Below are positions 10,675 through 20,276 of a stretch of 64,000 nt of DNA, piece by piece. The DNA is from Verrucomicrobiota bacterium (lineage in GTDB: Bacteria > Verrucomicrobiota > Verrucomicrobiia > CAIQCK01): assembly GCA_016235595.1 (NCBI GenBank), contig JACRJX010000008.1, positions 105,092 through 169,091 of the forward strand. The letters run 5' to 3'. A program made the position numbers and the translations under genes. The notes under the pieces are model-generated. The model searched no databases. It was not told the origin of the DNA and saw only the letters and a program-made list of their open reading frames with translations. Every line of letters starts with the position of its first letter. Positions within the stretch are counted from its first letter, which is position 1.

Positions 10675-11532
10675 GTGTTTAACCGCCTCGTGAACACCAG
10701 GAAATATTTCAGTCACCGCGTTATTCTGACTCTGTGCGCCGGCTTTCTCGCGCTGTCGTTTGGCACAGGGGCGCGAGCCGCCGTTGATGCCGGCGAACCC
10801 GCCTTGCAGCGCTTGGAGTTCAAGGTGGATGGCGTCGCGCGGGAAGCGCTGGTCTACGCGCCAGCGGCAGCGAAGACAACGAACACGCCGCTGGTATTTG
10901 TGTTTCACGGCCACGGCGGCAACTCACGCCAAGCATCTCGTTCGTTTGGCATGCACCGTCAGTGGCCCGAAGCCCTCACCATTTACCCGCAGGGACTGAA
11001 GACGCCCGGTCGGCTGACAGATCCGGAAGGCAAGCAGCCCGGTTGGCAGCCTCGCATCGGCGACCAGGAGGATCGCGACCTGAAGTTCTTCGACGCGATG
11101 CTGGCGCGGCTCAAGCAGGACTACAAGGTGGATGAGAAACGCATCTACTGCACAGGCCACTCGAACGGCGGCGCGTTCACCTACCTGCTGTGGGCCGCTC
11201 GTGGCGACGTGTTTGCCGCCGTCGCGCCCTCGGCGGCGGTAGCGGTGCCACAACTTCAGATCCGGTTGAAACCGAAGCCTGCCTTCCACCTCGCCGGCGA
11301 GAAAGACCCGCTCGTGAAGTTCGAGTGGCAGAAGCTGACGATGAGCGCGGTGCGCAAACTCAACCGCTGCGAGGCGGAAGGAAAGCAGTGGGCAGCCAAC
11401 TGTACGCTTTATCCATCCAAGACCGGCACACCGTTTGTTACGTTCATTCATCCCGGCGGCCACGGTTTCCCGGCCGAAGCGCCAGCGCTGATGGTCAGGT
11501 TCTTCAAGGAACATCCCGCGGCAGCGAAGTAG
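10675..11532 (+). CDS. Secreted esterase, PHB-depolymerase/LpqC-like alpha/beta hydrolase
   Basis: 'VFVFHGHGGN' and 'GHSNGG' motifs plus a signal peptide. Start assigned to the in-frame GTG at 10675 (gaggca upstream); start is uncertain (ORF opens at 10603, overlapping the previous gene). Confidence 0.65.
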   Translation: MFNRLVNTRKYFSHRVILTLCAGFLALSFGTGARAAVDAGEPALQRLEFKVDGVAREALVYAPAAAKTTNTPLVFVFHGHGGNSRQASRSFGMHRQWPEALTIYPQGLKTPGRLTDPEGKQPGWQPRIGDQEDRDLKFFDAMLARLKQDYKVDEKRIYCTGHSNGGAFTYLLWAARGDVFAAVAPSAAVAVPQLQIRLKPKPAFHLAGEKDPLVKFEWQKLTMSAVRKLNRCEAEGKQWAANCTLYPSKTGTPFVTFIHPGGHGFPAEAPALMVRFFKEHPAAAK

Positions 11533-11544
11533 CGCGGAGAGATG

Positions 11545-12891
11545 CTAGTCGTCTTCGACTGCGACCGGTTTTTCGACCGGGGGCGGCGGGGCTTTTGCGA
11601 TGGCCGATGGATGGCCGAGATTGGCGCGGAGGGTTTCCGTGGTGACTTCCTTCTCCCACCGGCTGATGACGACGGTGGCGACGCCGTTGCCGATGAGGTT
11701 GGTGACGGCGCGGCACTCGCTCATGAAACGGTCAATGCCCACCAGCAATGCCAGCGACTCGATCGGCACGCTGGGCACCACCGCCAGCGTCGCCGCGAGC
11801 GTGACGAACCCCGCGCCGGTGACGCCGCTGGCGCCCTTGGAGGAAATCATCGCCACCAGCAGCAACGTGATCTGATGGTTGAGGTCGAGGGGCGTGTTGG
11901 TCGCTTGCGCGAGAAAGACGGCCGCCATCGTCATGTAGATGTTGGTGCCGTCGAGGTTGAAACTGTAGCCGGTCGGGATCACGAGGCCGACGGTGGCGTC
12001 GGCGCAACCGAGCCGGCGCATCTTCTCGATCATGCCGGGCAAAGCCGTCTCGGAGGAACTGGTGCCGATAGTCAGCATCAACTCTTCCTTGATGTAGCCG
12101 AGATAGCGGATGATGGAAAAACCGTTATACCAGGCGATCAGGCCCAGCACGATGAGGACGAACAGGCCCGCCGTCACGTAGAAGCTCACCATCAGGGCGA
12201 GGAGCTTGTTGAGCGCACCGAGGCCGTAGCTGCCGACGGTGAACGCCATGGCTCCGAGCGCGCCGATCGGCGCAGCCTTGACGATGATGTGCATGATGCC
12301 GAAGAAAACCTTGGTGACGTATTCGATCCCGCGCAACAACGGCGGGCCATAGGGTCCCATGAAGGCGATGGCGGCGGCGGTCAGCGCCGCCACGAAAAGC
12401 ACCTGCAGCAGGTCGCCCGTCGCGAACGCGCCAAAGAATGTGCTCGGGATGATGTTGAGAAGGAACTCGACGGTGTTCAGCCCGTGCGCGTTGTTCACGT
12501 AGGCCTGGCCGATGCTGGGATCGAGCGTCTTGGGATCAATGTTGAAGCCAACGCCGGGCTTGAGGAAGTTCACCACGACCAGGCCGATGACGAGGGCGAT
12601 GGTGGAGACGACCTCAAAATAGACGACGGTCTTGACGCCGATGCGGCCCAGCTTCTTCAAGTCGCGCATCGAAGCGATGCCGTGGACGACGGTGCAGAAG
12701 ATGATCGGCGCAATGATCATCTTGATGAGCTTGATGAACCCGTCACCGAGGGGCTTGAGGGATTTGCCGAAGTCCGGAAACAGATAGCCGATGACGATGC
12801 CCAGCGCGACGGCGATCAAGACCTGGACGTAGAGGACTCGATACCAAGCCTTCCGCGGCGTCAAACCTTGCTTCTGGACGGTGTGACTCAC
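11545..12891 (-). CDS. dctA: C4-dicarboxylate/cation symporter DctA (DAACS family)
   Basis: 448-aa polytopic protein with typical DctA N-terminus ([19 protein letters not shown]...[21 protein letters not shown]). Confidence 0.9.
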   Translation of the reverse strand: MSHTVQKQGLTPRKAWYRVLYVQVLIAVALGIVIGYLFPDFGKSLKPLGDGFIKLIKMIIAPIIFCTVVHGIASMRDLKKLGRIGVKTVVYFEVVSTIALVIGLVVVNFLKPGVGFNIDPKTLDPSIGQAYVNNAHGLNTVEFLLNIIPSTFFGAFATGDLLQVLFVAALTAAAIAFMGPYGPPLLRGIEYVTKVFFGIMHIIVKAAPIGALGAMAFTVGSYGLGALNKLLALMVSFYVTAGLFVLIVLGLIAWYNGFSIIRYLGYIKEELMLTIGTSSSETALPGMIEKMRRLGCADATVGLVIPTGYSFNLDGTNIYMTMAAVFLAQATNTPLDLNHQITLLLVAMISSKGASGVTGAGFVTLAATLAVVPSVPIESLALLVGIDRFMSECRAVTNLIGNGVATVVISRWEKEVTTETLRANLGHPSAIAKAPPPPVEKPVAVEDD

Positions 12892-13468
12892 GTTGTTAAC
12901 GCCAGTGAAACCAAGCTGGCAGATTGAAGAGACAGTCTCAGATAGTGGCTGCGGAAGTCAACGGGTATCCCTGTTCCATTGGTCAGACCGCGGTATTTCC
13001 ACGTCATTCTCTCACCGTAAGTGCGCGAGAATCTGCCTCGTGATTTTTCTGAAAAAAAGTGCTTGCGCAAATTCACATCCTGACTATCATGACTAACAAA
13101 CATAAGATAGTCATGAATATACATGCTTTATACGTTTTGAGTGAAAACAGCCAGGAACTCGCTGGATTCAGCCGGGTTCATGAGCAGGAGCCGCAATCCC
13201 GTCATGGAGTTCACCATAGACATAAGGATGCCTTTGCCCGTGACAGGAGGACGCTCCAGCTCGCACGCCAGGAGAGGATCCAGTTCAAGGCGAAGCTGCG
13301 AAGCGAACCCTTCGATGCCCAGCCAGAGGAATTCCGCAACCTGTCACCGGTGTGACAGGTGCTGCCAACCAGACAGCCGGAGGCGGAGCAAGCAAACCAA
13401 GTCAACAAGCCGAGGGTTAACCGGACAACCGAAGATTCCTCGAAAAAGAAAGACACCAGAAAGGAACA

Positions 13469-14476
13469 GTGGAGTTTGTCATGAGGAATGGAAAGTTGTT
13501 CGTCAAAGGAAGCGTAGCGGCGTTGTTGTTATGGGGGACTGTGGCGGCTTGGGCAGCCGAGGCCGCGCAGTCCACCAACGCGCCGCCTGCGATTGTAGCC
13601 GAGAAGAAGGAGCAGGCGCCGGAGGCGGCAGCCAAGAGCGGCCCGCCGTTGCCAGTTCATACCACGGAAGGTTACGGCGGCGGCGCCATCACCCCGACCG
13701 CGTATCTGGTCAACCCGGGGCCGAAAGGCCAGGTTTTCGGCCTGCCTAGCATCTCCGGCACCTACGTGAACATCGGTCAGGGCAAGAACGTCGAGACCTT
13801 CGCGATCACCGAGACGCTGTTCGGCCGCGTGGAACTGGGCTACGGAGCCAGCCGATTCGGCATCGGCGACGTGAAGGATGACATCAAGAGGGTCACCGGC
13901 GTGTCTGTGCGGGACGATGTATGGCTGCACAACTTCAACCTGCGCGGCTTGATCGTTGAAGAGAACAGCGCCAATCAACCGTGGGTGCCAGCCATTACCG
14001 CTGGACTGCACTACAAGATCAACAGTGGCATTGATGAAATCGACAAGGACCTGGGCGGCGCATTCAGAGGGATCGGCCTGGATCGCACCGACGGATACGA
14101 CTTCACCCTGACGGCCAGCAAGACTTTCCCGAAAGTCTTCGGCCGGCCGCTGATCGTTTCCGCCGGCGGGCGCAACAGTTCCGCGGCATGGACGGGTTAC
14201 CTGGGGTTCGGCGACAAGCGCAGCTTTACGTTTGAAGGCAACGTGATCTATGTCCCCCTCGATTGGCTTGCATTCGGCTACGAGTATCGCGGCAAGACCG
14301 ATCCCTACTCACAGATCGGCGGTCTGGTTGAAGGCGAGGATGATCTGCACGCGTTTGACGTGATTTTCATGCCCAACAGCCGGTTGAGCATTGCGCTGGT
14401 TTATGGCGCGTTCGGCAAGGTCTTGAACGCCACCGACAACAAAGTGGGAGCTGTGCAAGTGAAATGGCTGTTCTGA
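13469..14476 (+). CDS. Putative outer-membrane beta-barrel protein (unknown family)
   Basis: Signal peptide (AALLLWGTVAAWAAEA), alternating amphipathic strands, and a C-terminal aromatic residue (…VKWLF). Confidence 0.5.
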   Translation: MEFVMRNGKLFVKGSVAALLLWGTVAAWAAEAAQSTNAPPAIVAEKKEQAPEAAAKSGPPLPVHTTEGYGGGAITPTAYLVNPGPKGQVFGLPSISGTYVNIGQGKNVETFAITETLFGRVELGYGASRFGIGDVKDDIKRVTGVSVRDDVWLHNFNLRGLIVEENSANQPWVPAITAGLHYKINSGIDEIDKDLGGAFRGIGLDRTDGYDFTLTASKTFPKVFGRPLIVSAGGRNSSAAWTGYLGFGDKRSFTFEGNVIYVPLDWLAFGYEYRGKTDPYSQIGGLVEGEDDLHAFDVIFMPNSRLSIALVYGAFGKVLNATDNKVGAVQVKWLF

Positions 14477-14489
14477 GCGAATGAAATCG

Positions 14490-14522
14490 CCGCCGGTGGA
14501 CTCCGGGGGGAACCACCGGCGG
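14490..14522 (+). terminator. Stem-loop after the OMP gene (possible terminator, no U-tract)
   Basis: 'ccgccggtgg' (14490-14499) pairs with 'ccaccggcgg' (14513-14522). Confidence 0.35.
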
Positions 14523-14525
14523 TGA

Positions 14526-15977
<1,452 letters not shown>

Positions 15978-15984
15978 AAGAACC

Positions 15985-16176
15985 ATGAACAAGCACAGTA
16001 AAACCTCCTCTGAACCCCAGCGCATTGACGAGGATCGCTGGCTGGAGGTCGTCCGCCAGCACGTCGATTCGCTGCGGTTCGGCGTCGTGCAAATCGTCGT
16101 GCATGACTCACGGGTCACGCAAATCGAACGAACAGAGCGGGTGCGGTTCGATAAGCACCCGCTGGAGAAACTCTAA
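15985..16176 (+). CDS. YezD/DUF2292-family small protein
   Basis: 63 aa. 'FGVVQIVVHDSRVTQIERTERVRF' matches the DUF2292 core. This family is typically found next to sulfur-assimilation genes. Confidence 0.65.
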   Translation: MNKHSKTSSEPQRIDEDRWLEVVRQHVDSLRFGVVQIVVHDSRVTQIERTERVRFDKHPLEKL

Positions 16177-16182
16177 CCGGCC

Positions 16183-17010
16183 ATGCAAACCATCATGACA
16201 ACTCTGGAAACCAACAATCCACCGGACGTCTCAGTTCGACCCACGGTGGCCGAATTGTTGGCGCCGCTGAATGAGATTGCGTCGAGGTCGCACAGTTTGA
16301 TCGTCAATCACGGCGCGCGATTCGAAGTCAACGGCCAGCCGCACGAATTGCCGCGATATCTCTTCATCGGCCCGAAAGCCGTCGAGGACCCGATCCGCAT
16401 TGGCATCTTTGCCGGCATTCATGGAGACGAGGCGGAAGGCGTGCGCGCGGTGGTCCAGTTCCTTCAGAATATCAACGCGAAACCGGAACTCACTGAGGGC
16501 TATTGCCTGTTCGTTTACCCGGTCTGCAATCCGACCGGTTTCGAGAACGGGACGCGTCATTCCTACAGTGGCAAGGACTTGAACCGCGAGTTCTGGAAAA
16601 ATTCCACGGAACCTGAAGTGAAGCTCCTCGAGTCCGAGCTGACCTCGCACATGTTTCACGGGATCATCTCGTTGCACACCGACGACACCAGCCACGGTTT
16701 CTACGGGTTTGTGAACGGCTCCACGTTGACGGAGCATCTGATCAAACCGGCGCTGCAGGCCGTCGAGCAGTTCCTTCCGCGCAATGCGAGCGCTGTCATA
16801 GACGGTTTCCCCGCGCACAACGGCATCATCGGCGAGGGCTACGACGGCGTGCTCAGCGCGCCGCCGGGAATTCACCCCCGCCCGTTCGATATCATCCTCG
16901 AAGCGCCCAAGGACGCCGCGGAGCAGAAGAAAGAGGCGGCCTTCATGCAGGCGCTGCAGACAATTCTCAACGCGTATCGTCCGTTCATCGCTTACGCGTC
17001 GAACCTGTAA
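16183..17010 (+). CDS. M14-like zinc carboxypeptidase / AstE-AspA superfamily protein
   Basis: 'GIHGDEAEG' (HxxE zinc ligands), 'VYPVCNPTGFENGTR' and 'SLHTD'. Confidence 0.6.
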   Translation: MQTIMTTLETNNPPDVSVRPTVAELLAPLNEIASRSHSLIVNHGARFEVNGQPHELPRYLFIGPKAVEDPIRIGIFAGIHGDEAEGVRAVVQFLQNINAKPELTEGYCLFVYPVCNPTGFENGTRHSYSGKDLNREFWKNSTEPEVKLLESELTSHMFHGIISLHTDDTSHGFYGFVNGSTLTEHLIKPALQAVEQFLPRNASAVIDGFPAHNGIIGEGYDGVLSAPPGIHPRPFDIILEAPKDAAEQKKEAAFMQALQTILNAYRPFIAYASNL

Positions 17011-17205
17011 ACTCCCATGACCCGGTTTCAACAACTCAGAACAGCACATGACTGAGAAACACTGTCATCGGTTTCATTGAACTATTCATCAAAATCTGCC
17101 TTGATTACCTGCATGAGCGCATTAGGGAAAGGATCCCGTTCGGCAGGATGAAATCGGAAGAGTATTTTGTATAACGATTAACCAAGCCAAAGAAAGGACA
17201 GGACC

Positions 17206-18168
17206 ATGTCAGTATATCCCAACATCATCAGCACCGTGGGCCGAACCCCGCTGATCAAACTCAACCGCATCGCTGCCGACGTGCCGGCGACCATCGCGCT
17301 CAAGGGCGAGTTCTTCAACCCGCTCGGCAGCATCAAGGATCGCATCGGCTTCGCCATGATTGACGCCGCCGAACGAGACGGCATCCTCACGCCGAAGACA
17401 ACGATCATCGAGCCGACCTCCGGCAACACGGGGATTGCGCTCGCATTCGTCGCCGCTGCGCGCGGTTACAAGCTCATCCTCACCATGCCCGAGAGCATGA
17501 GCGTGGAGCGCCGCACGCTGCTGGCGTTGCTCGGCGCGAAACTCGTGCTGACGCCCGCCGCCGAGGGCATGAAAGGCGCCATCAATAAAGCCGTGGACCT
17601 GAACAAGGAAACTGCCGACTCGTGGATCCCGCAGCAGTTCGACAACCCGGCCAATCCCGAAATCCACCGCAAAACCACCGCCGAGGAAATCTGGAAAGAC
17701 ACGGACGGCAAGGTGGACATCCTTGTGGCCGCCGTCGGCACCGGCGGCACGATCACCGGCATCAGCGAGGTGATCAAGTCGCGCAAGAAGAGCTTCCTCT
17801 CCATCGCCGTCGAGCCGAAGGATTCGCCGGTCATCACGCAGACTCGCAGCGGCCAGCCGCTCAAGCCCGGCCCACACAAGATTCAGGGCGCTGGCGCCGG
17901 CTTCATCCCGAAGAACCTGAACCTGCAAATCCTCGACGACGTCATCACCGTGAGCAACGACGACGCTATTGTCACCGCCCGGCGGCTGGCGCTCGAGGAA
18001 GGCATCCTCGCTGGCATTTCCACCGGCGCGAACGTCTGGGCCGCGATCCAGGCGGCCAAGCGTCCGGAGAACAAAGGCAAGCTCATCGTCACCATCGGTT
18101 GCAGCACCGGCGAGCGCTACCTCAGCACCCCGCTCGCCGACGAGGCCCGCAAGCAAGTCCAGACGTGA
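17206..18168 (+). CDS. cysK: Cysteine synthase A (O-acetylserine sulfhydrylase)
   Basis: '[10 protein letters not shown]', '[11 protein letters not shown]' (PLP lysine), '[12 protein letters not shown]' and 'GTGGTITG'. Confidence 0.95.
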   Translation: MSVYPNIISTVGRTPLIKLNRIAADVPATIALKGEFFNPLGSIKDRIGFAMIDAAERDGILTPKTTIIEPTSGNTGIALAFVAAARGYKLILTMPESMSVERRTLLALLGAKLVLTPAAEGMKGAINKAVDLNKETADSWIPQQFDNPANPEIHRKTTAEEIWKDTDGKVDILVAAVGTGGTITGISEVIKSRKKSFLSIAVEPKDSPVITQTRSGQPLKPGPHKIQGAGAGFIPKNLNLQILDDVITVSNDDAIVTARRLALEEGILAGISTGANVWAAIQAAKRPENKGKLIVTIGCSTGERYLSTPLADEARKQVQT

Positions 18169-18590
18169 TGGCGACCCGCCGCTTGCCCAACCGCCGGCTC
18201 GGTGCCATGATTTCCGCCATGTCATCGATCGTTATTCCGGCCGTGGCGGGCGTGCTCGCCGTCTTCGCGTTCCTCAATCAACTCAACTCGATCACCGTGG
18301 AAGCGGCGCACGAATATCTACAGAAAGGCGCCAGGGTGATTGACGTGCGCACCGCGGAGGAATACAGCGAGCGGCATTTGCCGATGGCCGTCAACATTCC
18401 GCTCGACGACTTGAGAGAGCGTATCGGCAAGATGGCACCCAACAAGGAAACCGTGTTGCTGCTGCACTGCCAGGGCGGCGGCCGGAGCGGCTCCGGCACA
18501 CGGGTATTGAAGGACATGGGTTACAAGAGCGTCTTCAACCTCGGCTCATTCGAGCAAGCGGAGAAGGCGCTCGCCGGAAGCGGGAAGTAG
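18168..18590 (+). CDS. Rhodanese-domain sulfurtransferase with N-terminal membrane anchor
   Basis: ATG overlaps the cysK TGA (tgATG). Rhodanese core 'VIDVRTAEEY...HLPMAVNIP' and active-site loop 'HCQGGGRS'. An alternative start is at 18207. Confidence 0.8.
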   Translation: MATRRLPNRRLGAMISAMSSIVIPAVAGVLAVFAFLNQLNSITVEAAHEYLQKGARVIDVRTAEEYSERHLPMAVNIPLDDLRERIGKMAPNKETVLLLHCQGGGRSGSGTRVLKDMGYKSVFNLGSFEQAEKALAGSGK

Positions 18591-18636
18591 AATGTTCCGT
18601 TGAAACATTCGGCATTTGTGCGAAGAACTTTTTGCC

Positions 18637-18708
18637 CGTAACGCGGACACTCCTGTCCGCGGTGTTCTGTTGCCACCCCACGGCGCGGACAGGAGTGTCC
18701 GCGTTACG
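18637..18708. repeat. REP-like inverted hairpin pair (second copy)
   Basis: 'cgtaacgcggacactcctgtccgc' ... 'gcggacaggagtgtccgcgttacg'. The arms are exact reverse complements. It lies between convergent genes. Confidence 0.75.
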
Positions 18709-18770
18709 GTTCGGTTGCGGCTGCGCCGCCTTGGTCCGCAAGCCACCCGTTCGCCTTCCATGAACGGCTG

Positions 18771-19037
18771 TCACTCCAGATAGCCGTGCTTTTTCAGGAA
18801 TGTTTCGAGCTGGCCAGTGTCGAAGTCGCCCAGCACAAGCCCGTCCACTTCGATCACGGGCACCAGTGTCTGCCCGCTGAGGTCAACCGCCTTTTGCCGG
18901 GCAGCGAGATCCTCGCCGACATTGCAGACGGTGTATTTCCAACCACGTTCGTCGAGCCAAGCCTTGGCCTCCTGGCACCAACCGCATATCGGCCGCGTGT
19001 AGAGAATGATTTGCTGCGGCTGTTTGAGAATCTTCAT
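18771..19037 (-). CDS. Glutaredoxin-family protein
   Basis: 88 aa with active site 'CGWC' and a thioredoxin-fold pattern (TLVPVIEVDG). Confidence 0.85.
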   Translation of the reverse strand: MKILKQPQQIILYTRPICGWCQEAKAWLDERGWKYTVCNVGEDLAARQKAVDLSGQTLVPVIEVDGLVLGDFDTGQLETFLKKHGYLE

Positions 19038-19249
19038 GGTGTAACACTCTAATCACACCTTGCCATCGCGCAAGGCTCGGAGACCACATTGCGCCACGTG
19101 TCGGCCCTGACGTATTCGACCCAACTGCTGCATTTGCTGCCACCACCTCATTTGACTGACGTTCATCTGTTCTAGCCGTCGAGTGAACCATGGTTATTTC
19201 CCCATGGTAACAAGTGTTTCTGTTTTTCTTGGCCTCAACTATCTAAGAA

Positions 19250-20218
19250 CTAAACAAGTTTTTGATGAGTCCGAGCGTGTGTGTGTCTTGTAACTAGGAT
19301 GCTAAGCAAAACGGAAAGGGGACTGCTGCGCCTCCGCAGGAATCTGATTTCGCAAGTTATTGCGGTATCTTTACCGAACGGCACCTCGCGTTCCCACTTT
19401 CCTTTTTCGTCTCTGCGCAATTTTGACTCGAGTTCGTCATCTATTCCTAGTTTTGCGACAGGCAAGCCTTCGATAGCCCATGCAAGTTGTCTAAAGTGCT
19501 TTGATAAACTGCTGTGGTCCTTCGGCTTTTTTACTCTCACCTTCTCGTATGGCGTGTCGAAGCGCCCTTTCGAATCTCCCCCCATTATGTGGCAAGTTTT
19601 GATAATCAAAATGCCCTCATTATCTTGAACCAATGCAACGACGCAGTCGAGTCCAGCGAAAGCGCCTGTCATATCCGACAGATGAAGACGGCGAATGAAA
19701 ACCTCTGGGGATACACGGAACCGGCTGCAAATCTCATTCAGCAGGTTGACGTCAAAAAGCTGCTCGTCAACCGCTTTCAAGAGCATTTGTTTAGGAAGAA
19801 GGAGGATTCTTGCAAGGCTGCTACATCCGCCTTCAATAGATTTAAGGTTTGTGTCAAAAACACCCTCTCGCCAGTCACCGTCAGCCGCCTCCAGAAAAAT
19901 GAGGTGAGCCAACTCGTGCGCAACGCTAAACCGCATTCTGTTAGTCAGAGTGAACCACTTTTCACTCCCAGGCTCAAAGTTTGAGCTAGCCTCTGAAGTT
20001 CCCCGGACACCATCGAGGTTTAAGACCACTTCGAACCCGGATCCTGTCTTGGCTAAACCAGCGCTACAGAAAAGCGGCACGAACCTTATGCCCGTTATGT
20101 TGAGCTTTTTCGCGGCCTCACGAAGCGGATCCTCAGGAGATGTCTTGGCAATCGCGGCTGTTAGTTGCTCAGTTTTTTGCCAAGCCGTCGCGCTAATTTT
20201 TTCAATATCATTTTCCAT
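19250..20218 (-). CDS. ImmA/IrrE-family (M78, DUF955) zinc metalloprotease with about 130-aa unknown C-terminal domain
   Basis: HExxH 'HELAH' encoded at 19904-19918. 'RFSVAHELAHLIF', 'ARILLLPKQML' and 'RFRVSPEVFIRRL' match ImmA/IrrE conserved blocks. Low GC. Confidence 0.75.
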   Translation of the reverse strand: MENDIEKISATAWQKTEQLTAAIAKTSPEDPLREAAKKLNITGIRFVPLFCSAGLAKTGSGFEVVLNLDGVRGTSEASSNFEPGSEKWFTLTNRMRFSVAHELAHLIFLEAADGDWREGVFDTNLKSIEGGCSSLARILLLPKQMLLKAVDEQLFDVNLLNEICSRFRVSPEVFIRRLHLSDMTGAFAGLDCVVALVQDNEGILIIKTCHIMGGDSKGRFDTPYEKVRVKKPKDHSSLSKHFRQLAWAIEGLPVAKLGIDDELESKLRRDEKGKWEREVPFGKDTAITCEIRFLRRRSSPLSVLLSILVTRHTHARTHQKLV

Positions 20219-20276
20219 GGATTTATCAGAATCGTTTTTTACTCATACTCGATGCATGTTCCGTAATTCGAAACGA

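Noticed and set aside
11542-12927. 461-aa ORF on the plus strand
   Set aside because: It is antisense to dctA. It has an Asp/Gly/Arg-rich low-complexity translation and no recognisable domain.
17622-18167. N-terminal 182-codon extension of the rhodanese ORF
   Set aside because: It overlaps cysK in another frame. The rhodanese domain and its membrane anchor begin after the ATG at 18168 or 18207.
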